Below are positions 11,201 through 26,200 of a stretch of 64,000 nt of DNA, one piece after another. Made by a program: the position numbers and the translations under genes. Source of the DNA: Phoronis australis (lineage: Eukaryota; Animalia; Phoronida). Every line of letters begins with the position of its first letter. The first letter of the stretch is position 1. A model generated the notes under the pieces. That model made no database searches and was not told the DNA's origin. It saw nothing but the letters and a program-made list of their open reading frames with translations. The stretch spans positions 924,282 through 988,281 of the forward strand of contig NMRA01000055.1 of the NCBI GenBank assembly GCA_002633005.1. The letters run 5' to 3'.

Positions 11201-14200
11201 CAGTGGACCTCTACATCCAACCGTGCAGTGAAATGACAAGTGTTGTTTTCAGTCATGTTTAGATGTCACCAAATTATCGCTGATGTCACATGATATTCAT
11301 GTTTTGGGATGCAACCCTTTGTTAAGTTTTCTTGTTTTAATACAGCGAGTAGGCCTTCACAATTACACATACAAGTTTCATTGCCGCCAACATATACTAA
11401 CTACACATATTAACAAAACCAAGGATTGAAAGGAGTTCATTGGTTGTAGCTAAGGAAAAATTCACCACCACTAATTAGATTGTCTACAGTTTTGAACTTC
11501 GACTTGATCAATTACACAGGGCAAAATACAAGAAATGTAGGACCTCACCGCCATGTCTGTATCTATCTAAATATCCACAAAGCTGTAGAAAAAACTATGT
11601 GAAGCATACATTTTTAGACACCAGAAAGTATGCAGACTTGGATAATCAACTTTGTATCAATCTGTCATAACTTGGGTCAAATGACAATTTAGCAAAAAAG
11701 GTACATTCATACCAAAAAAGGTACATTCATACCAAAAAAGGTACATTCATACCAAAAAAGTTACATTCATACCAAAAAAAGAAACAGTATCAGTATCAGT
11801 CAGATACCATTCATATAAATGTCTAAGATGAAAGCTCAAAGATATTGTTGCAGTTTCGGATTTTGTTTCATGCAACTTATGACTTTTAATCATGAAAATC
11901 ATAAAAGTCTTATTTTGACAGCATCTCATGCAAAAGAGGAATATTTCAAAAACAACGCTTTGGAAAACATAGCATAAAGCATAGTATGCCAGAAATTCAC
12001 GTGCATCTGACCAGCCATCTCTGAGATACGACGTTCTGAAGTTGTCCAAACTTTATAATTTTTCTGGCGTCCACGTAACTTAAGAATATGACTCACGTCG
12101 AAGTAACACTGAAGGAGTTCTACACGCGCCTTTGTGTCCAGAGTTTCCGGGGGCGAGCCACTCCGTAGACACTCGAGCGCCTCCTTTGGGTGGAACTTGG
12201 GCTCGGTCTTCCGGCTCAGAGGTTTCTCCCACACTTTGGCGGCCTCTGTTGGTGAGTACTGATGAAGCTTGCTGTAAAGGTTAAGAAAGCTCGTATTTCA
12301 TAAAGGGACTGCAGAACGGTGATTAGAATGTGCAAGGCAGCACTATGGAGAAGGGAATAATGCATGTCATCAATTCATTCAGTAGGTGTCAGTAAACATG
12401 GGCGGGGTTTACTGTAAAAGTCAAGAGAGTTTGTTCCATCATGGGGACTGTCAGAGGAAACGTTGATTACCATCCTTGAAGGGACGGTTATCCCAGACAT
12501 TTATTCCGCTTAATGCAGCTTTTCGTAATTTTGATTAATTATTCATTCTCTATTCCAGAAGTGACGTTTTGGGAGGCAAGAACTTTGCTTTTGTTTACGA
12601 GTCAGTCAACATGCCACACAAATGCTGCGGGATGTATTCTGTGTACTTAGAAAAAAATCTACAAAACTGTAGATTTAACTCGATAAAACTATATTTTCTG
12701 TAGAATTTGATCTGTGACATTATAGCAATAAACCATGTCTTTTTAGTAAAATTAAGCAAAAATGAAAGGTATACTCTAATCAAAGCAAAACAACTTCAAT
12801 CACAGACCAAAATTCATTTGATATTAACAGAATAATCTCAAAAAACATTACCAGTTCTCAAAATTTTCATTTGTTTTCATTTGAGGCCGCATTTGACTTT
12901 TTCACAAAAATTATTTTTGATAGTCCCTCATGCAAATCACACTCAGTGAATAAATGTAAGCCCATCAGCAACAGGGGGCGCTGGCTGTGCGCAGCCTTTG
13001 CTTTTCAGAAGTATGGGTACTGTAATATCAAAAACTAATTAGAACTCCTAGCAAATGGCTATGTTGTGAGAAGCCAAAAGCATAGGTCAAAGGTCAATAG
13101 TCCACCCACCTGTCAGTAAAGCCAAACATCTCCTTGAGATGTTGCTTGACCTTCAGCAGCAGGACACAACCTTGAGATGTCAGCATGATCCGCTGAAGGA
13201 CACTAGTGTCATCAGGCAGGCAGTCTGGATTGAAATAACACAACAACATGAATACGTAACACAAAATCAGATCTGTTAGGTTCAGAAAATACACGGTTCT
13301 CTCACACCAAGGCGATTCTCAATAGGAAGTTAAAAACAGAACTGCGAAGGAACCGACTAAGCACTGTGCAGTCCCAGTAAAAATCTCGCAGTCAGAGTCG
13401 CTTTTGAGGCATGTTTTTGGCCAAAGTTTGCTCATTTCTGCCTATCCCAAGCCCATTTCTGAGAAAGGGTTTAGTTGATTGCTACACTTCCGAAATTCCA
13501 TTGCTCATCAACAACTCCAATACACACCACAAGTATTCAGACAAAATTACCCAGAATTCCCCGTCATGATGGCTAGGTGGAAGCCCAATTACTCGTCAGA
13601 GTAGTCTTCCCACAAGACCGAGAATGACAGGGAATTAACAAGAAAGTTAGCAAGGTGCATAAGGCATTCTATGATCAGAATTTTGCGCCTAGGTGGTAAT
13701 TGCCAGCCGCTTTTTTGCTGTTGACAGAATTAGGCATCATGACAGGGAAATAATAAAAAAAAATAATTGCAGGCGGTCTGATACATGTTGTACCAGACGT
13801 GCACAGGCCTCGCATGTGGGCCCATTGCACTGATCACCTGGAAATATTTTTATGCTTTATCAATATATGGTTAAAACTGAGCTGAGGAGCTAGAAACCTG
13901 GCTCAAGGGTTTAGCAGTGTGACATGGTGGAACTCGAGCCCACAACCTCGAGTAAAGAAAGCGGGCACTTATCAACCAGGCCACACTGCCTCCTTGACAG
14001 GGAAATGGTCTGATTGCTTTTGTCTTGTAGTGTATCACCCAACCCAAGCCTCAAGTATGTACATAACAACTTCTTACCCCTAAACCCTAAACCCGATCCA
14101 CCAACCCTGTGGTACTAAATCAATACCAGGGTCCCTTAACTCCGCACACCTGCACAAAATGCTCCACGCCCGGTGACCAGATTCCATTAAGAGCCAAAGT

Positions 14201-17200
14201 CTGGAGCTTGGTCAGCAGGTACGGAGTTTGGTCATCGGCTAGGGAGGATTTTTATGCATAGATGGCGCTTTAGGTCACAAGCATGGAATATCTATCATGG
14301 GATTGGTGTTTGCTGATTTGGGCTTCAGGTTAAGGGGATGAAGGAGATGAAAAGGCATTATTTTCATTACCTAACACATTGTTGAAGTCTTCATCCTCGA
14401 TATCTGCCAGGGCAGTGTTCTCCCCTAGCTTCTCCCCAGTATAGGCCTGAAATAGAGGCTACTAGTGTCAGCCAATACATCAACAGGAGCAAGACCAACA
14501 AAATGACATCAGCTATGGTGCTCAAGATCACTAGCTGCATCTAGTGTCCGAGTGTGTAACCAGCCTATTGCTTTTGGCGCATAAAATGACAAAGCTATGG
14601 ATTCTAACTTACGGGACCAGCCCTCAGCTGTAATGATTTCTCAGTTCTATTCAAGCAAACAAAATATTTTCTAAACCCAGTAAGCTATAAGTAGGCAAGT
14701 TGGTACTATAACAAAATTTTACTATGAAAAATGATTTTGCACATCTCAACCATTCCTTTCTTTTTTGCAAACTATCTTTCAAAACGGTGAAAGCGAAAAC
14801 TAAAAAAACAGCCCCTTTTTCAACAAGAACATAGACAACTAACCATGAACACTCATAGGAACTAGTTGACACTGTTGCTTAAGTCACTGAATGCTGAATG
14901 ATTTCGTCAGACCACTCTTTACTGATCTAGCAAATGTAGTCTTTACTCCAAGTATCAACTATCATACATACCTCTCTGAAAGACTGGATTAGGTTTGGCC
15001 CGGACACTGACAATATAATGTCTATCTGATGCATAATAAATAAGGGTTCGTCCATTGCAAGGTAAGGGAAGAAGGCTAGATTGTCTGCAATGTAGACCAG
15101 CTCGGCTAATGACGTTTTCTGAAAACAGAAGAGAAAACCAGTTTACTTTTTGTTCAGTACTTGTAACAGGGAGCAATTGTTTCATGACTTACAGCACAAC
15201 AAAGGAGCTTAAAATTCGTGAGGCTTTACATATCAGTTGGTGCAAGCCCAATCTCAATAGGCAACTGACACACCACAGGTTGTCATTGTTGGTCTAGTTC
15301 ATTGTCACTCCCTGTACTGACTGTATCTGTGCTTCATTACTTGTTGCTGGGCCTAGCTAGGTGGCCACTGTATTATGACTTCTGAGGATGGTGTTTAATA
15401 AATGACACCGAAACATGTCAAGTTTTAAAACCGTTGTTGTTTTCGTGAACTTACAGCACAGCTTTTAATTCATGTCACCTGACAAAATAGCACCCAATAT
15501 GATGTGTGTTGCAGCCCACAACGCAGCAGGAATACTTTGTTGTCAATGGAAGGACAACAACAAAAAGCATGTGCAACTACAATGGTGCAAATATGAGGTT
15601 ACATAAGTGCTCAACAGATATTGTGGCATTGTGGGTAAATACAGCGAGATTTTAAGTGTCGCTGTGTAATCCAGGATGTCTCTATTTGCTAATAAATCTA
15701 TTGAACTTTAGTAGACACACGTTCAATAAAAATTGGGAGATCGAAGCGAGACAGAACCCCAACTCCCAACCAACCAAAATAAGAACCCCCGCCTCTGATC
15801 TGGCCCACCATCACAAATCCCACGCCTAAATATAAGCATACATAGCCCACATCCTTGCCACTAGTGTATTAGAACACAAAAAGAAAAGTTGGTTCTGGTA
15901 TTTACCCTGACTCATCTTGAGGCATGCGCTCACCAACTAAAAAAGTCTGCCTCAATTATTTTCTGCCAAGGTTTCACGATTTTTTGAAAGGTACGTAAAC
16001 ACGATAAGTGTAAACCAGGCTTAAAACACCATGATTTGCCAGGTGATGAAAAAAACAAAACCAATCAAAACCAAACAAAAAACAAAGCATAAAATATCGT
16101 TCCTGTCTAGGGTGGATTTTCTTTTTTGGAAAATATCGCACCACTGATTCAATTTTCAAAAAACAAAAAAGTCCAGAACAACCTATGTTTCTCTGATCTC
16201 AGGCCACAAGTCTTCATTTCTTAGTTGCAAAAGCACACATATTACACTTTAAACCCTGGACAATGTCCAAGATGCTATATTCCATTGCTGAACCCCCCCT
16301 GCAGTACACACCAGTGTTCTCAGCAAATGAAAACTCAAATGTGTTGGAAGTGGGTGATTACTAACAAAAGAGAGGTAAATGTGTGCTGGCATTCTCTGTA
16401 GTGCACATTTACCTGCCTTGTTACCCACTTAGCATTTATTCTGTTTTCATGGGCTACGGCCAGTTGCTGCTGAGCGTAACATAAAGAACTAGACATTGTT
16501 GGCAGTGTCTTTTTTCTAACTTGTTTCTATTTTTTCAAACACGTCGCAGGCCATTCAAGCATGTCACAAGTGTTGGCAAACAGGTCGTAGTGACAGGTTG
16601 AAATAGAGAGTGGAGAACACAGCACATTAACTCAAAAAAACAATGCTCGCACTCACAGAGCTGTCGTCGAAGAGATTCAGCAAGGAGAGCAACAGCCCAC
16701 GACGGTGTTGCCGGTTGGAGCGCACAATGGTGTACAGGAAGGCATTGAGGCTCTGGGGGTTGGACTCGTCCCGTATACCCCTCACTGGCTCATACAGGTC
16801 CTGCTGTATCAGCTGCTGTAGGCGGTATGAGAACTTGACACCTTGCATTGCTTTCATCTGTAATGTAACCAGCAATCAAAACTAGGTAAGGTTACGTATA
16901 AGTGTCTAGAAAAATACCTAATTTTGGACAACTTCGGAATGTCCTAGCTCAGAAACGGCTGATGGGATTCATACAAGACTTTCACACAGTACACTTCATA
17001 TACTGCTCTTCAAAACTCTGTTAGCAATTTTTATTGTGATTTTCCACTTTTGTACGAGACGTTATCAAACAGTTTGCCTTTTATTGTTTTCATGATACTG
17101 ATGACTCAGAATTCCCCCCATGACGGCTGGGCGGAAGACAAATTCGAAGTCAGAATAGTCGCCTGACTGAGAATAATGGAAAGTTAGAAATGTGGTTAAG

Positions 17201-20200
17201 CCATTCTGTAATAAGAATTTTGCTACTCTAATAGTTATTACTATAATGACAGGGATAGCTGTATTTTGTCCGATTACTTTTGTCCTGTACTGTACATAGT
17301 AGAAATGCATTGGACAGCCTTAACTGCCATTTTCATATGACAGCTTCAAATTAACAAATTACTAATAACAACCACTTACATGGATAAAGCCAGGATATTT
17401 CTTGTCAATTTCCTTTAGCTGTTGTTCTGATTTATTGCGTATAAGTGGTTCACAGTCTGTCTCTATGGCAACCAAATACGGAACACACTGCAAGTCAAGA
17501 CACAAACAAACATGTGACAAAAATTTGCAGTTAATCGTAGTTGCAAGATTCATATCCTGTGCCGACCATCAATACTGACACGGCTTCTGCTATTCATTGA
17601 CCATGCAGTCACGATGCCTCGTAGACGTTCTGCTGTGTTGCCTAAGTCCTTGCAATGAAACTGAAAACTTTTAAACAAATTCACAAAAATCTACAGACAC
17701 AACTGCAAGTTAAGCGAAGTTGCTCTCACGAAATTTCCAAATTCATTTGGTAGAGACTATGTAGCACAATCCAAAGGTGAACAGTAATTAAATAAGACAA
17801 TCAACTATTCAGCCGTGACACACGTAATATTTGGGACCCCCCCTTGATGCACCCCGACTGAATGGGTGACCCCCTTACCTGGACAGGATGAACTAGCCCC
17901 TGCTGAAGGACCAGCTGTATCACACTAAGGGCTGTACTCCTCACTTGAGACTGTGAGTGGAAGAAGCTTTCCAGTACGTGTTTTAAGTATAGTTGCATTA
18001 TCGTACTCGCCATCCTGCCAAAAGAAAACAATACGCAATGAGAAGGATGGATTTTAAGTACAGTTGCAATATCGTACTCGCCATCTTGTGAACATAAGGT
18101 GATATAGAATGAAGAGCAATGTTTCGTATACTGCTACATTTATCATACGTCACAACGTAAAAAATAACAGTTAAACTATGAATGATGTAAACATATCTCA
18201 CAATAACTGAAATCATTATTTCATAACTTGCCAATAAACCTGTTTCTCAACTTAGCACTGGCCACTGACTTTGGGGAAAAAATGAAAATATGGATGCTGT
18301 TTGCAACATATAGTGACAGCCTACTATTCAAAGACTGCACGTTAAAAAACAAACACGATATTGACAAAATGCAAGACGTACCATTCCAATTCTGTCTAGT
18401 CAAAAAAAAGACTTCTCACTTCTGTCTAAAGTCGAAAGACAAATTCAATACACACATCACACCAGTCGTCTTGCCAGCCAACTATTTCAGACCAATGCTA
18501 AAAAAAAACACGTCAACAACTACTGACCCTGACTGGACGTCACACATTTCCTTGAGATCTTCTTTCTTCGCTGTCTTCTTCCACTCTGCATCAGCCTTGA
18601 ACATCTTCACCTCCTCGTCTGTCAGGTAGTGCTTTAGGTTCTGTAACACCTGTGTAAAGACAAGGGGGGCGTGTCACAACAGGAAGAAGGAATGCAGGCA
18701 ACCAGGTGCAGGAAGACTGCTGTATGCCGCGTTTACACAACTTTGACATGGGACAAAATTATCCGGAACAATATGTTCTGGTGCAAGTCTGACTGGAATT
18801 TGTTCCATGCCAGTCTTCATCCAGACGATGTTATAACGAGATAATGAGCTTTGGTTGTTAGTTTAAAGCCTTGAACTAATTAACACTACATTGGACTTTA
18901 ATGTAAAGTAATAATATAGCTAACATAATAAAAACGGTACGTCACAGAAATAAAAACTCATGAACTATGCATCAGCTCATACAACTCCTATTAGCAGCAG
19001 TTTTGATTTGTCCACTGCATTAAAATTTTGAAAGAGCTACCTATTCTGCTTTTGTTCACTGACATACAAGTCATTGCTTACCTGACATTTTAACTTGACT
19101 GAAGAGTTGGTTTCCGTCAGGAGTGAGTGATAGAGAGATTTCATCTTGTTTCCCAGCATGTATTCATATTTCCGTGAACATAAAAAGCCCAGGCCAGTTA
19201 GACTCTTGGCCTTGACATTCTCGTCTTCGTGGTCGACGAAGTACATGAGAACATCGAAGACACGGTCGGACACACACACCTGCAAATGCAGTAAGAAACT
19301 GGATATGAATAACTAAAAAAAATATTGAGTACCAAAGGACGAGGCAAGTGTTAAACAAACAACCTAATAAATGTTATAATTACAGTCACAGAGGGCGAAA
19401 AAAAAGCATCCGTGCATTTTGTAGGACTTGACCCATAGCAACATGACAGCCTAGTATAACTCTAGCCCAGTGATCTTGGTTCTGCACCATGAGGGGTGTT
19501 AGTGATTCAGCATATTTTGTTATGTAATGATTTTATCCTTTGTGCATAATGACAGTTGCTAAAGTTTTGATGGTGCAATGACAGATTTCAAAAGTATACA
19601 AAAGGGCCCATTTTTCAGTCTACACCAAATGTCACCAGATAATCAGTTTTCTGCCGATTACTTCTGACGTGTACTGTCACACAAAGGATTGCCATCCAGT
19701 GCAGCACTGCCAACGGACGCAGATACATGATCTGTAGAGATCGCTTTATTTTAGTAGTACTTCAATCAGCCAGAAGACCAGTTTACCATAGATGCGAGTC
19801 AACAGGAAGTACCTATCCAAACCGACCCTGAACAGATGAATGCCTTAGTAACACTCTGGAGTTTGCGTCAGATGACTCACAATCCTATGCCCTCGGATGC
19901 GCACAAAAGACTCATTAAGGATTTGAAAAGTGAGGGTCCAAATCTGCGAGATTGACATTCGCCTTATGTAGTATTTCGTATGAGGTCACCGTGACAGGGA
20001 TGTATTCCTCCAAAAACATGGTAGCTAAAAATGGAAAGTAACCTCGATTTCTGTCTGAATGTTTATAAAACAAAACAACAAAGTGTAGGTTCAATAAAGC
20101 TAAGCCTTATTAACCAGAAATGTTAAAATTCTCCATTCCGCTGCCATGCCGAAATTGCCATGAAACAGGACATCTTTTCTTTTGTTTGGTCGTGCTGTCC

Positions 20201-23200
20201 AAGCCGTCATTTTTAAAAACTGGCCATACCAGTGACCCTTGCTAGATGAGTTCCCGGTACACATACATAGATTTTTGATATCCTTAAAAAGGTCAATCCA
20301 TGGAGAGTATTTCAAAATAATGAACAAACCTTTGTCTCTCCCATTTCTTTGGCATCAAAGTCAAAGTGTTTGCACAGCAGTCCGACTGTGAACAATGCCC
20401 TGAGTAAAGTTGGTTTGCTGGCGTGTAGCGCTGGGTTCTTGAAGTCAGTCTTGTGTTCTGACATGATCTTGCACACGGCGCCTGAGAATGAGGGAAGACA
20501 GAGTGAACAAAGGTCTTTAAATAAACTGCAAGTTTTAAGTTTTGTTAAAACGAGCTGGATTTGGCCAGAGACATTTTAAGAGAGTGAAAAGTTGTGCCAA
20601 TGACCCCTGCCTGAACTTAAAAAGCTGCTATCAACCAAGTTCTGGTGTAAAAAAAGGTCAACTTTCTTCACAGATGTATTTACCCGTCTAAAGGCACATT
20701 CTGATCCTTTATTTGAACTGAAATGGGTTACAAAAAATTGCCCAGAACTTGATGAATGTACTGTTTTGATGACTAAAACTGACTTTAAGTGCTAAGCAAC
20801 TTTAGGGTCTGCTATCAAACAGTAACATCGGACAGTTCGTCTCGAGCTCAGAATTTATTTCTAATCTGAGCAACGAACAAGCAGAGACTGATTGGTTCAG
20901 CAGCTCAAATCAACAGTTGGTTTCAGACAGGAGTGGGTTTATTGACCTTTTAAGTTTTATTGAAATCATTACATTACAATGTTAACTATTAAAATAGGGA
21001 CCAAGATTTTGATGAGACATCTACAACTGTAACAGTACAAGCCAAAGTATTCGGACAAAATGACCCAGAGTTTCCTGTCATGACGTCTGGGTGGAAGTCG
21101 AATTTCATCATCAGAGTTGTCTCCCCTGATGATCGAGAATGAAGGGGAATTAACAGGAAATGTAGTAAGGTGGCCGAGTCATTCTGTCATTAGAATTTTG
21201 TCGCCATAATTTTTATTACCAGTACTTCTGCTGCAATCAGAATTAGCCACGACAGTATTTTGTCTGGATACTGTTGTCTTGTACTGTCAGTTTGTAAACA
21301 GAACTAATATTTATGACCAGAAGACACAAAGCTGAGGAAATTAACTTCCAGTGAAACGAATGTGAAGACAACACTAGGACTTTGCTTTGTACTTGACATA
21401 CCGAAGAACTTTTGAAAGCAATCCCTGACTAGCTTGTAGTTATGTGACACTTGGTTCACCGAAGCCCCTAGACAGCTAACACAGGCTTGCAGAACCTGAA
21501 AGTCAGAATTCAGGAGAGTTTACCGTCAGGATTCACAGTTAACAGAGTGTGCTTACATAAACAGATCAATACCTTCAACATTAATGGCCAGAGTACAAAA
21601 CTCTTCATGCAAATAGTGCTGACTGAACAACAACAGGAATTTACACCAGAAAGGTAAAAGTGAACTTGACACGCACACAACATCTGTCCCAAGAAACTTG
21701 GTCGGAACTGTAGGAAAATCGGATGCATACCAACCTCTGCAGGGGTAGATCCAGGATTTTGAGTTGGGGGAGGGGCAGAGTATTAGCCAAGATTTTGCCC
21801 ATAAAACACTTGCACCCCCGAACTGCCAAATGGAATTTGGGAAAGTTTTTTTTTGGGGGGGGGGCAAAACCTTCTTGCCGCCCCTTAAATCCGCCACTGC
21901 TATGCACATAAGCCCAGTATGATTACAACATTATGTTTAAATTTTCAAATACCTGCTGCTTCAAGTATAAGGGCTTCAATCCCAATAAAAAAATACGAAA
22001 CAGAATGTGAGAAAGGGCAACAGTCTGACATAACATGCTCGTAGTTTGAGAACCAGTTTTCTCTGCTGAACAACGGGCATCAAACTGGTTCTCGTAACGT
22101 GGGCCCATTACGGTATATCCAACTATTGCCTGATTTTTCGTCAGAATTCCTGGGTTTCAACAGAAATTGTCAACTTTTTTAGAACTACTGAATTATAGTC
22201 ACGCACCATCTGGCCATGACGTAAGATGAGCTTCATCATGTCCGTCTCCAGCTGAAGCAGGAAGGACTCTCCTGGGTTGGCCATTAGAGGTACGACTAGC
22301 TCCAATATGGAGGCCACATGGTGCAGTACTATGTTGTCATTCTGCGTCTGAAATTGAAAGTTTAGTAGAATGGGTACAAACTGAATGGGAACATAGTAAA
22401 CAGTACACCACTTATCACATATATGTTGAGAGACTGGCAATATAAACAGCAATACAAAAGTAATTAGAGAAAATGCCGTTTACCATCGAGATGGCCAATT
22501 CTGTTACCAGCAAAAATTACAGGTAATAGGTGTAATAATTACAGATAATAGGTGTAATAATTACAGGTAATAGGTGTAATAATTACAGGTAATAGGTGTA
22601 ACAATTACAGGTAATAGGTGCAATAATTACAGGTAATAAGTGTAATAATTAGATAATAGGTGTAACAATTACAGGTAATAGGTGTAATAATTACAGGTAA
22701 TAAGTGTTAATATAATTACAGATAATAATTTTTATGACAGCAAAATTGTAATTACAGAATAGTTTAGCCACTTTACTAACTTTCCTCTTAATTCCCCTTC
22801 ACTCTCGGTCATCAGGGGAGACTACTCTGGCGACGAATTCAGCTTCTGCCCAGAATGCTTTTCGCTTACACTGTATCTAGTGACTGGGTAAAAACTTTTG
22901 ACCACCACCTAAATTTGCTTACCTTATAAGCAATATTCAAATACGGTTGAAGGGTTTGCGCATGAGGTACGAGTAATTCAGGCTTGATTTTAGTGAACAG
23001 ATAAAGCGTTGATAGGCAAGCGACGAGACGAGCACTGCTAGTACCGCCGCTGCCACTGGTGGCGCTCTTCTCCTCTAGCCGCAGAACATTCTCGACCAAA
23101 CAGTCAACAATTTGGCGGCAAGCCTTGGCCACAGCCTGAGCTTGACTCTCTGATTCTTTTTTAAAAAGCTGTAACAGAGTTGAACAAATGGCTTAAGGAA

Positions 23201-26200
23201 ATGTTCATCGAGTCACCTGAGCAAAGCATCCTACTACACAGATTAATTTAACGTACAGAATATTGAGATCAGGCTGTTACGCAACATGAATAAGCTTAAA
23301 CCTACTAAGTTATAGTGTCCTTAAACAAATCCCTAAACAAAGTAGGGGGTAATAGTCACAGATATGGATCCCACATATTGAATCCAGTGAAGTTCAAAGG
23401 TTAAATTAAACCTGACCCATATAACCACTCACATCACTCAAGAGCTGTTCCAGGAAGTCAAATCCTGTGTCTTTACTGGCCGTCACTACATCTGTGATGT
23501 TCATGACCTTAGTCAGAAGTTTGTGAGTGTCTCGGTCACGCACTGGCGTGAACCACATGTTCTGGAACACGTCGTTTACCAGTTTCTGTAAGAGGATGGT
23601 TGTGAATGTATATGAATTACAGCTAACAGCAAAGTGCTAACAATTCATACCAACAGCAGTTTCTGTAAGATGATGGTTATATAATTAATGCAAACGAATT
23701 ACAACTACAGCAAAATGATATCCATTCATAGCAACAGCAGCATTTAGTCTAATTCAATTTGTCATGTACCGTACTACAGCAACCTATACCTACCTTAATT
23801 CCTTCCTCATCATTTACACGACGGATCATCTTGACGCACATTTCAGGAATTTTCTGAAAATCCGGCTGATCCAAGCAGATATCACGGAATATTTTGATGA
23901 CTCGCTTCCTGACGCTAATACCAGTATCCTGGAGAAGGGGGAATGGACATTTTGTTCAATTAATGACCAGTGACTCTTAGTTTTAAAACGAACTTGTAAA
24001 AACCATGAGTAACTCAATGAAAAACGAACTGCCAATTAAGTACAAACTGGTAAAGTTCATGAAAGATCGAGAACTATTTCTCTATTGCAGCTATGTTGAA
24101 AATCAAAAAAGCAAATCTGAAGAATGAATTGCACATCATAAGATTTTTTTCTCAGCAAATTCATCAATTTTGCTACCACTAAACACTCGTAAGTTTTTCA
24201 AAAAACTGTAGTACTTACCAGAATCCGTTCTGACAACATATCATAGTATTGCTCTGTCAGCTGGGGCTGGACCAGTATAAACTTGCCGACCAACTCCACC
24301 GCGGCCTCTCTGACCGCTGTTGAGTGGTCAAGGAACCTCCCATGGACCCCTGACCTCATATCTTTCTGTTAGACAAAAAATGACAACGCATGACAATGAA
24401 CTGCTGACAATAAATACTTGAATGAACAAGATTTAGAATTAAACTAGAAATCAACGATGCACTGCAACAAAAAGTAACGGACTCGAGAGAATATTTCTAA
24501 TTCTCGGCCAAGACCAATGTCCTCCTATGCAATGTCCTTTCTTTATTAATGCTTTTCTTGAAATGTAAATACTTATCCATCCAAGAAAGTTCAAAATCAA
24601 AGGGAAATCAAACCAGTTCAACTGGACTACGAAACATACTACTAATATCCTAAAGCTATCGGGTCTATTGAATGAGAAAAAAAGTGAGAATACAACACCA
24701 ATAATGAGAACGCTTTGCAGAGTGTGATCTGAAATATCTACCTAGAGTCTAATGCAAAAACTATTGTACTGACCATACACAAAGAAACAAATTTTAAGTG
24801 GAAAAAACATTACAAAAAATTGGCTCACTTGTCACCTTTGCTAATATTAGCAAGTGTGCTCCAGTAGTAAAATTCAAGGATCCGAGATGTCAGTAAAGAA
24901 ATCTACACTTACTGGATAACACATCCTGTGGATCAGTCAACTCGGAAGGAAACAACATCAATTCGACGTTAGCTACAGGTTTTATTTCTCTATACAACAA
25001 TTGTAAAGTATTGACAATATAACTACTAGTAAATAAATTTCATATCATTGACAACTGGTAACAACAATTTCCAAAATGAATTACCCTGGCCAGGATCCCG
25101 GGATCGGCTTCAACTACAGCTGTGAGACATTTCATAGCTTTTGTTCGGACTGCAACTGCAGTTTCACATAGCACCTTTAAAATCTGGAAATAAATTTTAA
25201 TCGTGATGTATAGTATTACTTCTGCAACAATATTTAAAACGTGAAACTCAATAGGTGGCTTCAAACAGAGAATAAAAATTTGAAGGTAAATATTTAAAAA
25301 CACTGCTTTACACACCACCTGTGGGTCACAGTTACAGTAACTCGAGGATTCAAGTCTGAAAAACCCAGTCCCGAATGTTTTTACGTCAGATCTCTGGACC
25401 ATCAAGAGTGAACTTGGACTAAAGGCCCCACCTGAATAAACCATTACTCGAGAGCACAATCGTAGCCACTTGTCTCGAGTTTGTACTAATGATAGTAGAA
25501 CAGAAACTACCATAAACAATTTGGATATTGAGTTTGTTCTCATGGAGTTTGTTAAACGACAAATTTACTACTCACCTGTGTTAGATAGATATCAAAACTC
25601 TGTGAGAACGGTCTGTTGGATGCAAGATATCTGGCCACAAGACATGAACTATCATAGTCGAGCTTGCATAGAGATGGTCTACAAAGTAACGGTAAGTCTT
25701 CATACAAACTGTTGATATGGCCAAAAAAAATAAAGTTGGCACCGTCAATGTTTTTTTTTGGAAAATCAAGTCGGTGCTGTGATGTTTTATAGTTGCTCAC
25801 TTTTTTTTTAAAAAGAAAATCCCCCACTTTGTTGGATTTATTCATTTTTACTGATTACTAGCTAAACCATGGCTTTTCAAACCTTGCTTACATGCCTTTG
25901 TGCAGCTTCAAAAAAAAAACACACACAAAACCTCGGCTGAAATTGTTGCAGACCATCACAGGTCTTAAAATGAGTCGGTGTAAAGACCAGAAAGAACTTT
26001 GCATTCTATGGCCTGTTACTCAGATAAAAACTACAAACTTTTGTTCTGGTCAGTGCTAAACTCATATTAAAACCTTCAGCTCAAAGCTGGCAACAGGAGA
26101 TGCTGGGAAGAAAAGAAGGTGATGGTGGAAGTGAAAAAGATATCCAAAATTTTCAGCTGGCATCAGACGACTTTTTACATAGACTAGAACATCTGCTTTT

